Virus record (IMG/VR): IMGVR_UViG_2061766007_000285
DNA from: an uncultured virus (IMG/VR IMGVR_UViG_2061766007_000285)
Lineage: Duplodnaviria > Heunggongvirae > Uroviricota > Caudoviricetes
Reading direction: 5' to 3' (one strand)
Length of the DNA stretch: 64,000 nt
Shown here piece after piece: positions 38,873 to 49,065 of this stretch (position 1 is its first letter; each line of letters opens with the position of its first letter). The notes under the pieces are model-generated. The model did not search any database. It saw only the letters and a program-made list of their open reading frames with translations, and had not been told where the DNA came from. The translations under genes were made by a program, and so were the position numbers.

Positions 38873-40815
38873 AAAAAGTAATCATCAAGAAACTTTCCCT
38901 TTTGAATTTCAAGGGAATCAGGGAGTTGGAAATCAACTTCAATGAATCGGTCACGAGTATTTCAGGCAGGAATGGCTCGGGCAAAACCACCGTTTTCGAT
39001 GCCTTCACATGGTTGATGTTCGGCAAGGATAGCGAAGACCGCAAGGCTTTCAACATCAAGACGCTGGATGCCAGCGGCAAGGCCATCGAGAAAATCCCGC
39101 ATGAGGTGACGGCCATTATAGAGGTGAACGGCGAGGAAATTACCCTTTGTCGCCGCTTCAAAGAGAAGTGGGTGCGCAAGCGCGGGTCGGTCTCCGAGGA
39201 GTTCACGGGGCATGAGGAGGAACGCCTATATAATGACGTGCCTATGTCGGTGAAGGATTGGACGGAGAAAATCAACGCCATCTGCACCGAGGAAACATTC
39301 AAGTTCATCACCAACCCCAACTATTTCCCATCGCAAAAGTCGGATGTCCAGCGGGCAATGCTGATGCGCATGGCCGGCAATGTGAGCGATGAGGAAATCG
39401 CCTTCGGGAACGATGATTTTCAGGTTTTGCTGGGTCAATTGACGGGTAAGACGATGGAGGAATACAAACGCGAAATTGCGGCCAAGAAACGCACGATTAA
39501 GGCCGAAATCGAGGGTATCCCCGTCCGCATCGAGGAATGTAAGAGGATGATGCCCGAAAGCGAGAATTGGCAAGAGCTGGAGGCCGAACTTGAAGGCAGG
39601 CAGAAACTCCTTGCCAATGTAGAAGGCCAAATCAGCGACAAGGCGACCGCCTTCACCGAGGCCAGCAACGAGAGGATGAAGAAGTCGAAGCGTGTCGGCG
39701 AGCTGAAGGGCGCAAGGATGGATTTGGAGTTCAAGATTAAGAACCAAGTCCAAGCCGACTACAACGAACGGAGAAACAAGCAGCTTGCCCTCCAAAGGCA
39801 GGTGCAAAATGACGAGCTGGAGCTGTCGAACAACGAAATCATGTTGAAGGGCTACGAGGGCGAAATGACCCGCCTGAAAGACAATCGTGAAGCCCTATTG
39901 AAGGAATGGCGGGAAATCAACGCAAGGGAAATCCATTTCAGCGACAATGAGTTTGTTTGCCCCACCTGCGGCCGTATGCTGGAGGTTGATGACATCGAGC
40001 GCAAGCAAAGTGAACTGATTGCCAAGTTCAACGCAAGGAAAGCCGCCGAACTTGAGGAAAGCAACCGCAAGGGCAAGGCCAACAAAGAGCGTATGAATGA
40101 GGTTGAGGCCTTGATTAGCGGGTGCAAGGCGAAGATTGCGGAGCTTCAGGAGAGAATAAAGAAGGCCAAGGAAAACGAGCTTTATGCCGCCACCCTGACC
40201 GCCCCCGATGCGACCCCAGCGATTGAGGTCGATGCCGAGTACCAGCGACTGACCTCCGAGATTGCTGCTTTGGAAAAGGAATTGGCAGAGCCAATCCAAT
40301 CCCCTGAAACGGCGGAGTTGTCGGAGCGCAAAAGGCAGTACGCCGCCGATATTGACGAAATGAAGGCCAAGCTGGCCAAGCGCGACACCATCAACCGTAC
40401 CAACCAGCGAATCAGCGAGTTGGAAACCCAGCTTCGCAACCAAAGCGATGAATTGAGCGGCCTTGAAGGAATCGAGTTCACGATGGCCGCATTCTCAAAG
40501 GCAAGGATTGAGGCCGTGGAAAGCCGTATCAACCACCTTTTCAGCATTGTGAGGTTCAAGATGTTTGAGACCCAAATCAACGGCGGCGAGGTGGAGACCT
40601 GCGAGGCCACGGTGGACGGTGTGCCTTACAGCGACCTGAACAATGCCATGAAGATAAACGCTGGCCTTGACATTATCAACGCAATATGCAAGTCGGAAGG
40701 CGTGACCGCCCCCATATTCATCGACAACGCGGAGAGCATCAATGAGTTGATGCCGACCGAATCGCAGATGATTAGGCTGGTCGTGACCGAGGACGATACA
40801 CTTATAGTTCAATAA
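38869..40815 (+). CDS. SMC/Rad50-like ATPase
   Basis: NFKGI, Walker A GRNGSGKT, coiled coil with CPTCG hook, PIFIDNAES. Confidence 0.9.
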   Translation: MKKVIIKKLSLLNFKGIRELEINFNESVTSISGRNGSGKTTVFDAFTWLMFGKDSEDRKAFNIKTLDASGKAIEKIPHEVTAIIEVNGEEITLCRRFKEKWVRKRGSVSEEFTGHEEERLYNDVPMSVKDWTEKINAICTEETFKFITNPNYFPSQKSDVQRAMLMRMAGNVSDEEIAFGNDDFQVLLGQLTGKTMEEYKREIAAKKRTIKAEIEGIPVRIEECKRMMPESENWQELEAELEGRQKLLANVEGQISDKATAFTEASNERMKKSKRVGELKGARMDLEFKIKNQVQADYNERRNKQLALQRQVQNDELELSNNEIMLKGYEGEMTRLKDNREALLKEWREINAREIHFSDNEFVCPTCGRMLEVDDIERKQSELIAKFNARKAAELEESNRKGKANKERMNEVEALISGCKAKIAELQERIKKAKENELYAATLTAPDATPAIEVDAEYQRLTSEIAALEKELAEPIQSPETAELSERKRQYAADIDEMKAKLAKRDTINRTNQRISELETQLRNQSDELSGLEGIEFTMAAFSKARIEAVESRINHLFSIVRFKMFETQINGGEVETCEATVDGVPYSDLNNAMKINAGLDIINAICKSEGVTAPIFIDNAESINELMPTESQMIRLVVTEDDTLIVQ

Positions 40816-40835
40816 CCAATCAAATTTTCAACACA

Positions 40836-41777
40836 ATGGAAAACAACAAACAAACCCAAGCGGTTGCCCAGCAGCAACCCAAGCCCGTTGACCTCCTTAA
40901 ATCGGTCATCAGGGCTGAAAGCGTACAACAGCAGTTCCAAAACGCCCTTGGCAAGCACAAGGACGAATTCGTGGCCTCCCTGATTGATCTCTACACGGGC
41001 GACCCTCAACTTCAAAGATGCAAGCCTCAGGCGGTGGTGGCCGAGGCATTGAGAGCCGCCACCATGCGCCTTGCCCTGAACAAGGCATTGGGCTTTGCCT
41101 ACATCATCGTTTTCAACAACTCGGTAAAAGACCCCGCCACGGGTCAATGGACGAAGGTGCCGACCCCTACCTTCGTGCCTGGTTACAAGGGCTACATCCA
41201 ACTTGCCATGAGGACGGGGCAGTACCGCACCATCAACGCCGATATGGTGTACGAGGGCGAGCTTCGCAACGTGGATAAGCTGTCGGGTACCATCGCCTTT
41301 GACGGCGAAAAGAAGTCGGATAAGGTGGTCGGCTACTTTTGCTATTTTGAGCTGTTGAACGGCTTTTCCAAGGTGCTTTACATGAGCGTTGAGGATATGG
41401 CCAAATACGCCCTGCGTTACAGCCCATCGTTCAAGGGCAAGGAAAAGCCGACCTTTGACGCTCTTGTCAAGCAGGCGCAGTCGGGTCAGGTGTCAAGTGA
41501 AGTCGGTTGGAAAGGCAATTTCAACGACATGGCCTTGAAGACCGTAATCCGCCGCCTCTTGTCGAAGTACGGCTACCTTTCAATCGAAATGATGAACGTG
41601 ATTGCCAAGGATGACGATGAGGCGATGAGCGACCGCAACGGCCTGATTGCCGAGAACGCCAATGCCGAGGTGCTGCCAGCCGATTCCGCGACCTATGAGG
41701 AAATCGACCCAGCAACGGGCGAAATCAAGGAAAGTGCCGCCGATGGTGGCGAGGCCAAACAACCCGATTGGGCGTAA
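40836..41777 (+). CDS. recT: RecT-family recombinase
   Basis: LGFAYII, GYKGYIQLAMRTGQY, MALKTVIRRLLSKYG. Confidence 0.9.
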   Translation: MENNKQTQAVAQQQPKPVDLLKSVIRAESVQQQFQNALGKHKDEFVASLIDLYTGDPQLQRCKPQAVVAEALRAATMRLALNKALGFAYIIVFNNSVKDPATGQWTKVPTPTFVPGYKGYIQLAMRTGQYRTINADMVYEGELRNVDKLSGTIAFDGEKKSDKVVGYFCYFELLNGFSKVLYMSVEDMAKYALRYSPSFKGKEKPTFDALVKQAQSGQVSSEVGWKGNFNDMALKTVIRRLLSKYGYLSIEMMNVIAKDDDEAMSDRNGLIAENANAEVLPADSATYEEIDPATGEIKESAADGGEAKQPDWA

Positions 41778-42532
41778 TGATGGAGGGACTTGGAATGAGA
41801 ATGACGTGCTTGGGTTCGGGTTCATCGGGTAATTGCTACCTTTTGGAGGCCGCTGACGGGGTTTTGATGCTGGAGGCTGGTGTTCGCTTCAATGAAGTGA
41901 AAAAAGCCCTCAGATTCAAGATTTCGGGCATCGTGGGCTGTTTGGTGACCCATGAGCATAAAGACCATTCCAAGTCCCTGAAAGATGTCATCGGGTGCGG
42001 AATCAGGGTGCTTGCCTTGGATGAGGTGTTCCAAAGCCAAGGTATCGCCAACCGCGCCTTCTGCAAGTCGATTGAGCCGATGCACGGCTACAAGGTGGGC
42101 GGCTTCAAGGTGTTTGCATTCGCCGTTGCCCATGATGTGCCGTGTGTCGGCTTTGTCATCGAGCATGAGGAAATGGGCAAGCTGTTGTTCGTGACGGACA
42201 CGATGATGCTGGAGTACCGTGTTCCCAGCCTCAATCATATCATGCTGGAGGCCAACTACGCCGATGACATCTTGCAGTACAACATCGAGCATGGCATTGT
42301 CCCCTTTGCGATGCGTGACCGCCTCCTTCATTCACACATGGAGTTGGAGACGGCCAAGGGCATAATTAGAGCCAATGACATGGCCGATGTGAACGAAGTG
42401 ATATTGATACACCTTTCAGGCAACAATAGCGATGCAGGGCGGTTTGAGCGTGAAATCAGCGAGGTTTCAGGAAAGCCGACCTACACCGCCACGGCCGGAA
42501 TGACCTTTGACCTATCCAAGACCCCCTATTGA
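41777..42532 (+). CDS. Metallo-beta-lactamase-fold hydrolase (nuclease)
   Basis: GSGSSGNCY, THEHKDH, HD, TDT, EANY, HLS. Confidence 0.9.
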   Translation: MMEGLGMRMTCLGSGSSGNCYLLEAADGVLMLEAGVRFNEVKKALRFKISGIVGCLVTHEHKDHSKSLKDVIGCGIRVLALDEVFQSQGIANRAFCKSIEPMHGYKVGGFKVFAFAVAHDVPCVGFVIEHEEMGKLLFVTDTMMLEYRVPSLNHIMLEANYADDILQYNIEHGIVPFAMRDRLLHSHMELETAKGIIRANDMADVNEVILIHLSGNNSDAGRFEREISEVSGKPTYTATAGMTFDLSKTPY

Positions 42533-42533
42533 C

Positions 42534-42716
42534 ATGAGGAAAGTGCCTAACGATATGGTCACAACGCTGCTTCGGTGCCTCCCCGTCATCCTTGAAAATG
42601 TGGATGCCAGCAAAGGCAGTACGAAGTTGCTGAATGCTATAAGACTTACCAAAAAAGAGATTACCAAACTTCAAAAAATAGAACAAGATGGAAAACAAGG
42701 AAATTGTAGTCAGTAA
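42534..42716 (+). CDS. Hypothetical protein
   Basis: Short ORF MRKVPND... between MBL and target 2. Confidence 0.5.
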   Translation: MRKVPNDMVTTLLRCLPVILENVDASKGSTKLLNAIRLTKKEITKLQKIEQDGKQGNCSQ

Positions 42717-43266
42717 AAGTGCCGTCCTTGATGCCCACAAAAATGCCGATGTAAGCGGCAAGGAATTGTTGGAGCATTTATTCGGTGACACCGTTTTTGC
42801 CAAAATCGACATCAGGGAGAGGGTGAAAACCTTCGATGATGCCGTTGAAATACTTGGCGTTGAGCATCCATTTATTAAAGCCTTGAAGAATCATCAAAAT
42901 ATGTTTGATGGCGCGGATGGGAACGAGGATGTGACCGCCTACCTGAAACTGCGTATCATTACCGCCGCCCTGAATGAAGGCTGGAAACCGAAATTTGACG
43001 GCGATGAAATCCGCTATTATCCGTGGTTTTATATCTATACAAAAGAGGAATTGGATTCCCTCGATGATGAGGAAAGAAGTCGGGTGCTGGGTCGGTCGTA
43101 CAGCTACGGTAACGCGAGTGGCGGTGTCGCCTGTGCGTATGCGGTCAACGCATCTTCGATCTCGTATACGAGCTACGGTTCTCGGCTCGCCTTCAAGACC
43201 AGCGAATTGGCGGAGTACTGCGGCAAACAATTCATTGATATTTGGATGGAGTACCTGATTGGGTGA
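42688..43266 (+). CDS. 192-aa early protein, DGR target 2
   Basis: Contains VR2 in frame (RVLGRS...GSRLAF); no signal peptide or TM segment. Confidence 0.9.
   Translation: MENKEIVVSKSAVLDAHKNADVSGKELLEHLFGDTVFAKIDIRERVKTFDDAVEILGVEHPFIKALKNHQNMFDGADGNEDVTAYLKLRIITAALNEGWKPKFDGDEIRYYPWFYIYTKEELDSLDDEERSRVLGRSYSYGNASGGVACAYAVNASSISYTSYGSRLAFKTSELAEYCGKQFIDIWMEYLIG
43079..43194 (+). repeat. DGR variable repeat VR2 (remote)
   Basis: 116-nt ungapped match to TR 27871-27986; 13 mismatches, all at TR adenines. Confidence 0.96.
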
Positions 43267-44024
43267 TGGCTGGCTGGATAAAGATAAGTCGTGACATTGT
43301 CAACCATTGGCTTTGGCAAGATGCCGAGCGGTTGAAATGGTGGTTTGATTTGCTTTTCATGGCGACATGGGAGGATAAGCAGACCATGCACGATTCTCAT
43401 TTATTCACGTTGCGTAGGGGGCAGATGATTGCGTCTGTCTCCTACCTTTCCGACCGCTGGGGTAAGAGCCACCCGACAATTATCCGATTCCTGAAATTGT
43501 TAGAGGATGAGGGGATGATTTATAGGCAAACTCTTTATAGGCAAACACCCATCATAACTATTTGTAATTACGACAAATATCAAATTGGACTTGATACCCA
43601 AGTTGATACCCAAATTGATACCATAATTGACCCCCAAGTTGACCCCCAACTTTACACAAATAAAGAATTAAATGATAATAATAATCCTTTGAAAGAAAAA
43701 TCAGAAAAAGAAAAAAAATCGGCCAAAACGGCTTTTGACCTTGCGAAATATGGTGACGGCTGGGATGCCTTAATCGGGCAATGGCTTGAATACAAGTCGA
43801 GCCGCCGCCAATCGTACAAGTCGCAGGCTTCGGTCGATATTCTTTTCAAAAAGCTGCAAAACCTTTCATGTGGCGACCTTGGAAAAGCAAGGATGATTGT
43901 GGAGCAGTCCATCGGCAATAATTGGTCGGGATTGTTCCCCCTGAAAGATGTAGGCTTCGGCGGTGGCCAAAACACCGTGCCTGGCCGTGAAGTTTTAGGT
44001 TCAAACTTTGAAAATAGAGATTGA
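43266..44024 (+). CDS. Replication initiator / replisome organizer
   Basis: GWIKISRDI, RGQ..S..LSDRW, ITICNYDKYQ; internal iterons; SIGNNWSGLF. Confidence 0.85.
   Translation: MAGWIKISRDIVNHWLWQDAERLKWWFDLLFMATWEDKQTMHDSHLFTLRRGQMIASVSYLSDRWGKSHPTIIRFLKLLEDEGMIYRQTLYRQTPIITICNYDKYQIGLDTQVDTQIDTIIDPQVDPQLYTNKELNDNNNPLKEKSEKEKKSAKTAFDLAKYGDGWDALIGQWLEYKSSRRQSYKSQASVDILFKKLQNLSCGDLGKARMIVEQSIGNNWSGLFPLKDVGFGGGQNTVPGREVLGSNFENRD
43591..43650 (+). repeat. Five 12-bp iterons (probable origin)
   Basis: TTGATACCCAAG, TTGATACCCAAA, TTGATACCATAA, TTGACCCCCAAG, TTGACCCCCAAC then AT-rich tract. Confidence 0.75.
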
Positions 44025-44700
44025 TATGGAATTTATTAGTAACCCCGATTTCGACAAATTCGCCGATGTGTGCAATGCCATTCAGGTCAAGCCGCGCTTC
44101 GCCCTGCCTTTCAAGGCTGTGGATATTGCCAAGGCCATCAACTCGGCATACAACGCCGAGGTTGCCGCCCGAAACTGCAAGATGGAGAGCGGCGAGGATT
44201 ACAAGGCCAAGGTGATGTCGGTGGCTGAATGGTGTGCCGACAGCTACGGCCGTGTCGGTTTGCTTTTGTTCGGCACCGTTGGCACGGGCAAAACCACGAT
44301 GATGAACGCCCTTTGCAGGGTCATCAATTACTTTGTGAGGCCTGAATATAGGGAACTTGTACTTGATGAGGACTACAAAAAGGCTATTGACACCGTGCGG
44401 GCAAAGGATGTGGTCGAGGCGTACCAAAACGACCGTGGCCTTTACGATAGGATGTGCAAGGTGAAGTTGCTGGCCATTGATGAGTTCGGCATTGAGGCAA
44501 TCGATGTGAAGTCCTTTGGTAACAGCAACGAGCCGATTATCGACCTCCTTTCAATGAGGTACGACCGCCGCCTTTGCACGGTGATTTCCTCAAACCTTGA
44601 CCTGAACGAGATTCGCAACCGCTATGGCCTGCGCCTTCAAGACCGATTCATTGAAATGTTCAAGATGATTGCTTTCACCGGAAAATCTTATAGGAAATGA
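44008..44700 (+). CDS. DnaC/IstB-like ATPase (helicase loader)
   Basis: GTVGTGKTT, LAIDEFG, SSNL, DRFIEM. Confidence 0.88.
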   Translation: MKIEIDMEFISNPDFDKFADVCNAIQVKPRFALPFKAVDIAKAINSAYNAEVAARNCKMESGEDYKAKVMSVAEWCADSYGRVGLLLFGTVGTGKTTMMNALCRVINYFVRPEYRELVLDEDYKKAIDTVRAKDVVEAYQNDRGLYDRMCKVKLLAIDEFGIEAIDVKSFGNSNEPIIDLLSMRYDRRLCTVISSNLDLNEIRNRYGLRLQDRFIEMFKMIAFTGKSYRK

Positions 44701-45133
44701 GAATCAACGACAAAAAAGAGTATTTCGGCAAGTCCTATACCGCCGTGGAATACAACGGCGAACCTGCGGACTTCATGCCGAGTGACGATGACCCGCAATG
44801 CAAGATTTGCGCGGTCGAACCCAATTACTGCAAGATGAGGAATGAATGTCACGGGGAAACCCCATTCGTCTTCGTCAAGTCAGAGTACGCAAGCGCGATG
44901 GATATTGTGGCAATGGTCATGGGATAAGGAGGGCATCATGGGAAAGTCAATGCAAATGGAAAAGGGTGTTGAGGTCATCGCTGGCAATGTGGTGATTATC
45001 CGCTGCCCGAAATGCGGCAAGCCCAACTACAAGGATTTCCCCTCCGATATCTGCCGCCATTGCGGCTACAACGCTGGCAGGGCATACAAGAAACAACTCA
45101 AAAAATAAGGAAAACCAAAAAATCAACGCAACA

Positions 45134-46852
45134 ATGAAGAACGAAGAAATCAGATTGATGTATGTGGATTTGTTCTGCGGTGCTGGCGGGACATCAACGG
45201 GGGTTGAGAAAGCGACTTGGCACGGCCATAAGTGCGCCCGTGTGGTCGCCTGCGTCAACCATGACCCGATGGCCATTGCCAGCCATGCGGCAAACCACCC
45301 TGAAACGATGCACTTCACCGAGGACATCCGCACGCTGAACCTCGACCCGCTAATCCGCCACCTTGACGGGTGCCGCAAAAAGTACCCTGACGCTTTGGTG
45401 GTGCTGTGGGCATCGTTGGAGTGTACCAATTTCAGCAAGGCCAAAGGTGGCCAGCCCCGTGACGGCGACAGCCGCACCCTTGCGGAGCATCTTTTCCGCT
45501 ACATCGATGCAATCAAGCCCTCTTACATTCAGATTGAGAATGTGGAGGAATTTATGAGCTGTGGCGACCTTGACGCTAACGGCCACCCCGTGAGCAAGGA
45601 CAAAGGCCGTTGCTACGTGAAATGGTGCAACGAGGTGATGCGCCGCGGCTACCACTACGACTTCAGGCTGTTGAACGCCGCCGATTTCGGGGCATACACG
45701 AGCCGTAAGCGGTTTTTCGGCCAGTTTGCGGCCAATGGCCTTCCCATCAACTTCCCCATGCAGACCTATTCGAAAAACGGGGATGATGACGGCGGTCTTT
45801 TCCAGCTTTACAAGAAATGGAAACCCGTGCGCGAGGTGCTGGATTTGGAGGATGAGGGCGTGAGTATCTTCACCCGTGAAAAGCCCCTTTGCGAAAAGAC
45901 CCTTGAACGGATTTTCGCTGGCCTGATTAAGTTCGTGGCCGGTGGCAAACAGCAATATGACGCATGGCTATTGAAATATAACTCGATGAATCAGGACGGC
46001 CACCACAACGCCCCTTCGATTGACGAACCCTGCCCCACCGTTGCCACACAAAACCGCATCGGCCTGGTTAAGGTGCAGTACCTATCGAAGCAGTTCGGGG
46101 GCGACCCAGCGGGAAAGAATATCCCGATTGACCGTCCCGCTGGCACCCTGACCACCATCGACCACCACGCTTTGGTGTCGGCGCAATTCATTGATTCCTA
46201 CTACGGGAACGGCAACAACCATTCCATCGACAAGGCCGCGCCTACCGTGACCACGAAGGATAGGCTGGCCTTGGTCACGCCAAAGTTCCTCGATATGCAG
46301 TACGGCAACGGAACGCCGATGTCGGTGGATGTGCCGGCTGGGGCTGTGACCACCAACCCGAAACACATACTCGTTTCCCCGCAATGGATTATGAGTACCA
46401 ACTTCAACAACGTGGGCAGCTCTTTGGATGAGCCATCGCCCACGGTGACGGCCAACCACAAGTGGCATTACCTGATGAACCCGCAATTCCAATCGGCTGG
46501 CGGCAGCGTTGACAGCCCCGCCTTCACGCTGATTGCCCGCATGGATAAGATGCCGCCGTACCTGATTACCGCCGAGGGCGGGGCGTTGGGGATTGAGGTG
46601 TACGACACCGACAGCCCAATGACCGTGAAGATTAAGGAGTTCATGGCGGCTTACGGCATCATCGACATCAAGATGCGGATGCTGAACATTCAGGAGCTGA
46701 AGCGGATAATGGGCTTCCCTGACGACTATATCCTGAAAGGCAGTCAGGCCGACCAAAAGAAGTTCATCGGGAACGCCGTGGAGGTGAATATGTCGAGGGT
46801 GCTTTGTGAGGCACTTTGCAACGGATTAAAGAAGGAAAGGGCTACGGCATGA
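45134..46852 (+). CDS. C5-cytosine DNA methyltransferase
   Basis: DLFCGAGG, SLECTNFS, ENV, RKRFF, IGNAV; repeated P.PTVTT target-recognition-like units. Confidence 0.92.
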   Translation: MKNEEIRLMYVDLFCGAGGTSTGVEKATWHGHKCARVVACVNHDPMAIASHAANHPETMHFTEDIRTLNLDPLIRHLDGCRKKYPDALVVLWASLECTNFSKAKGGQPRDGDSRTLAEHLFRYIDAIKPSYIQIENVEEFMSCGDLDANGHPVSKDKGRCYVKWCNEVMRRGYHYDFRLLNAADFGAYTSRKRFFGQFAANGLPINFPMQTYSKNGDDDGGLFQLYKKWKPVREVLDLEDEGVSIFTREKPLCEKTLERIFAGLIKFVAGGKQQYDAWLLKYNSMNQDGHHNAPSIDEPCPTVATQNRIGLVKVQYLSKQFGGDPAGKNIPIDRPAGTLTTIDHHALVSAQFIDSYYGNGNNHSIDKAAPTVTTKDRLALVTPKFLDMQYGNGTPMSVDVPAGAVTTNPKHILVSPQWIMSTNFNNVGSSLDEPSPTVTANHKWHYLMNPQFQSAGGSVDSPAFTLIARMDKMPPYLITAEGGALGIEVYDTDSPMTVKIKEFMAAYGIIDIKMRMLNIQELKRIMGFPDDYILKGSQADQKKFIGNAVEVNMSRVLCEALCNGLKKERATA

Positions 46853-49062
46853 CTGACAATGAAATGAGAGAATACAACGACCTCTTGGAGGCCAAAAAGA
46901 CCAAAAAGATTGAGAGCGGTTTCGATGTCGAGGAAAGCGGGCTTAATCCCCTCCTTTTCGATTTCCAAAAGTACTGCGTGAAGCGGATGGTGAAAGAAGG
47001 CCGTGGCGCGGTGTTCGCTGGCTGCGGCAACGGTAAGACCCTGATTAGCCTTGAATGGGCTACCAAGGTGGCGGAACACGAAGGAAAGCCAATCCTGATA
47101 CTTGCCCCGCTGTCGGTGAGTAGGCAGACCATCAAGGAGGGCGCGAAATTCGGCTACAAGGTGGATTTGTACCGCGATATGGACGAAGCCACGACAATAG
47201 CCATAACCAACTACGAGCAGATTGAAAACGTGGATATTTCACGCTTTGTGGGTGTGGTGCTGGATGAGAGTTCAATCCTCAAGAACTTCACGGGGTATTA
47301 CCGCAACCTCCTGACGGAGAAATTCAAGGGTATGCCTTACAAGCTGTGTTGCACGGCCACACCAAGCCCCAACGACTTGAACGAGATTGGCAACCATTCG
47401 GAATTCCTTGAAATCCTCGATTCACAAGACATGCGTTCCAAGTGGTTCGTGCGTGAGGAAGGTATGAACAACTACCGCCTCAAGGGTCACGCCAAGGGTG
47501 ACTTTTACGGCTGGATTGCATCGTGGGCTATCATGTTTGAGAACCCTGCAGATATCGGATTCGTTGAGACGGGCAAGTTGTTCAAGCTGCCCGAGCTGAC
47601 GGTGACCGACCACCTCATTGAGACCAAGCCCGAGGACGGGTTGCTGTTTTCAACGGGGATAGTCAATGCCACCAACTTCAACATGGAGCTTCGCAAAACC
47701 ATGAATGAGAGGCTTGCCCTTGCCGCCGAGATTGCAAGCGAGGCAGATGGTCAGGTCATCATTTGGATTAAGCAGAACCAAGAGGGCGACATATTGGGCA
47801 AGCTGATTCCTGAAGCTGTCGAGGTGAGGGGGTCGGATTCCGATGCCGACAAAGAACAAAGGTTGCTGGATTTCGCCGAAGGCAAGTTCCGCATCCTGAT
47901 TAGCAAGGCCAAGATTTGCGGCTATGGGATGAACTTTCAGAATTGCGGCACGCAGATCTTCGCTTCCCCTGATTTTTCCTTCGAGGATTACTACCAGCAA
48001 GTTAGACGCTCGTATAGGTTCGGGCGCAAGGGTAATGTAAACATTCACTTAATAATCACAGATACAATGACAAACGCAAGGGCAATCGTTGAAAAGAAGC
48101 AACAAGCCTTCGAGGAAATGGTTCGTGAAATGAACCGCAACGTGAACGAGAACCGATACGGCCTCCTCGACCATTACGAGTATCGGGAATACAAGGACGA
48201 TGACGTGTTTTTGATGAAGGGTGACACCACCATCGAAATCAAGCGCATCCCCGACAATTCAGTTGACCTGATTATATTCTCCCCGCCGTTCAGTTCCCTT
48301 TTCACCTACTCGAACTACATCAACGACATGGGGAACAATGAGAGCCATGAGGAATTTTTCAAGCAGTACGCTTTTTTGCTGAAAGAGTTGTACCGCATAC
48401 TGAAGCCTGGCCGCTTGATGTGCTGCCATACAAAAGACCTTGGCGTTTACAAGAATTCGTCAGGCTACACGGGAATGTATGACTTCACGGGTGAGCATAC
48501 GAGGGCGGTGATGGCCGAGGGTTTCAAGCTGCATTCCAAGGTTACGATTTGGACTGACCCCGTGCTGGAAATGCAAAGGACGAAGACCCAGCGCCTCCTT
48601 TACAAGCAGGTGACTTCCGATTCATCGAAGACGGGCATCGGCATGGCCGAGTACATCACCATCTTCAAGAAATGGGAAGGTGACGAAGCGGATTGGGAAC
48701 CCATCGTGAACCTGAACCGCGACAATTTCCCGCTTGAGACTTGGCAGAAATGGGCTTCGCCCGTGTGGATGGACATTAGGCGTACCGATGTGCTGACCGC
48801 CAGCGAAGGCACGGCTATGGGTGACGAAAAGCACATTTGCCCCCTGCAGCTCGGAGTGATTGAGCGTTTGGTGAACCTTTGGAGCAACGAGGGCGAAACC
48901 GTCTTCACCCCGTTCCTTGGGATTGGCTCGGAGGTGTATGAGGCAGTCAGAAATAACCGCAAGGGCATCGGCTGCGAGTTGAAGGACAGTTATTTCGACA
49001 CGGCCGTCAAGAATATCAAGATTGCCGAATCGAAGAAATACCAAAGAACCCTATTCGATTGA
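46849..49062 (+). CDS. SNF2-like helicase fused to N4/N6 DNA methyltransferase
   Basis: GCGNGKT, LDESS, TATPSPN, RRSYRFG; C-terminal FSPPF and TPFLGIGS. Confidence 0.88.
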   Translation: MTDNEMREYNDLLEAKKTKKIESGFDVEESGLNPLLFDFQKYCVKRMVKEGRGAVFAGCGNGKTLISLEWATKVAEHEGKPILILAPLSVSRQTIKEGAKFGYKVDLYRDMDEATTIAITNYEQIENVDISRFVGVVLDESSILKNFTGYYRNLLTEKFKGMPYKLCCTATPSPNDLNEIGNHSEFLEILDSQDMRSKWFVREEGMNNYRLKGHAKGDFYGWIASWAIMFENPADIGFVETGKLFKLPELTVTDHLIETKPEDGLLFSTGIVNATNFNMELRKTMNERLALAAEIASEADGQVIIWIKQNQEGDILGKLIPEAVEVRGSDSDADKEQRLLDFAEGKFRILISKAKICGYGMNFQNCGTQIFASPDFSFEDYYQQVRRSYRFGRKGNVNIHLIITDTMTNARAIVEKKQQAFEEMVREMNRNVNENRYGLLDHYEYREYKDDDVFLMKGDTTIEIKRIPDNSVDLIIFSPPFSSLFTYSNYINDMGNNESHEEFFKQYAFLLKELYRILKPGRLMCCHTKDLGVYKNSSGYTGMYDFTGEHTRAVMAEGFKLHSKVTIWTDPVLEMQRTKTQRLLYKQVTSDSSKTGIGMAEYITIFKKWEGDEADWEPIVNLNRDNFPLETWQKWASPVWMDIRRTDVLTASEGTAMGDEKHICPLQLGVIERLVNLWSNEGETVFTPFLGIGSEVYEAVRNNRKGIGCELKDSYFDTAVKNIKIAESKKYQRTLFD

Positions 49063-49065
49063 GCC

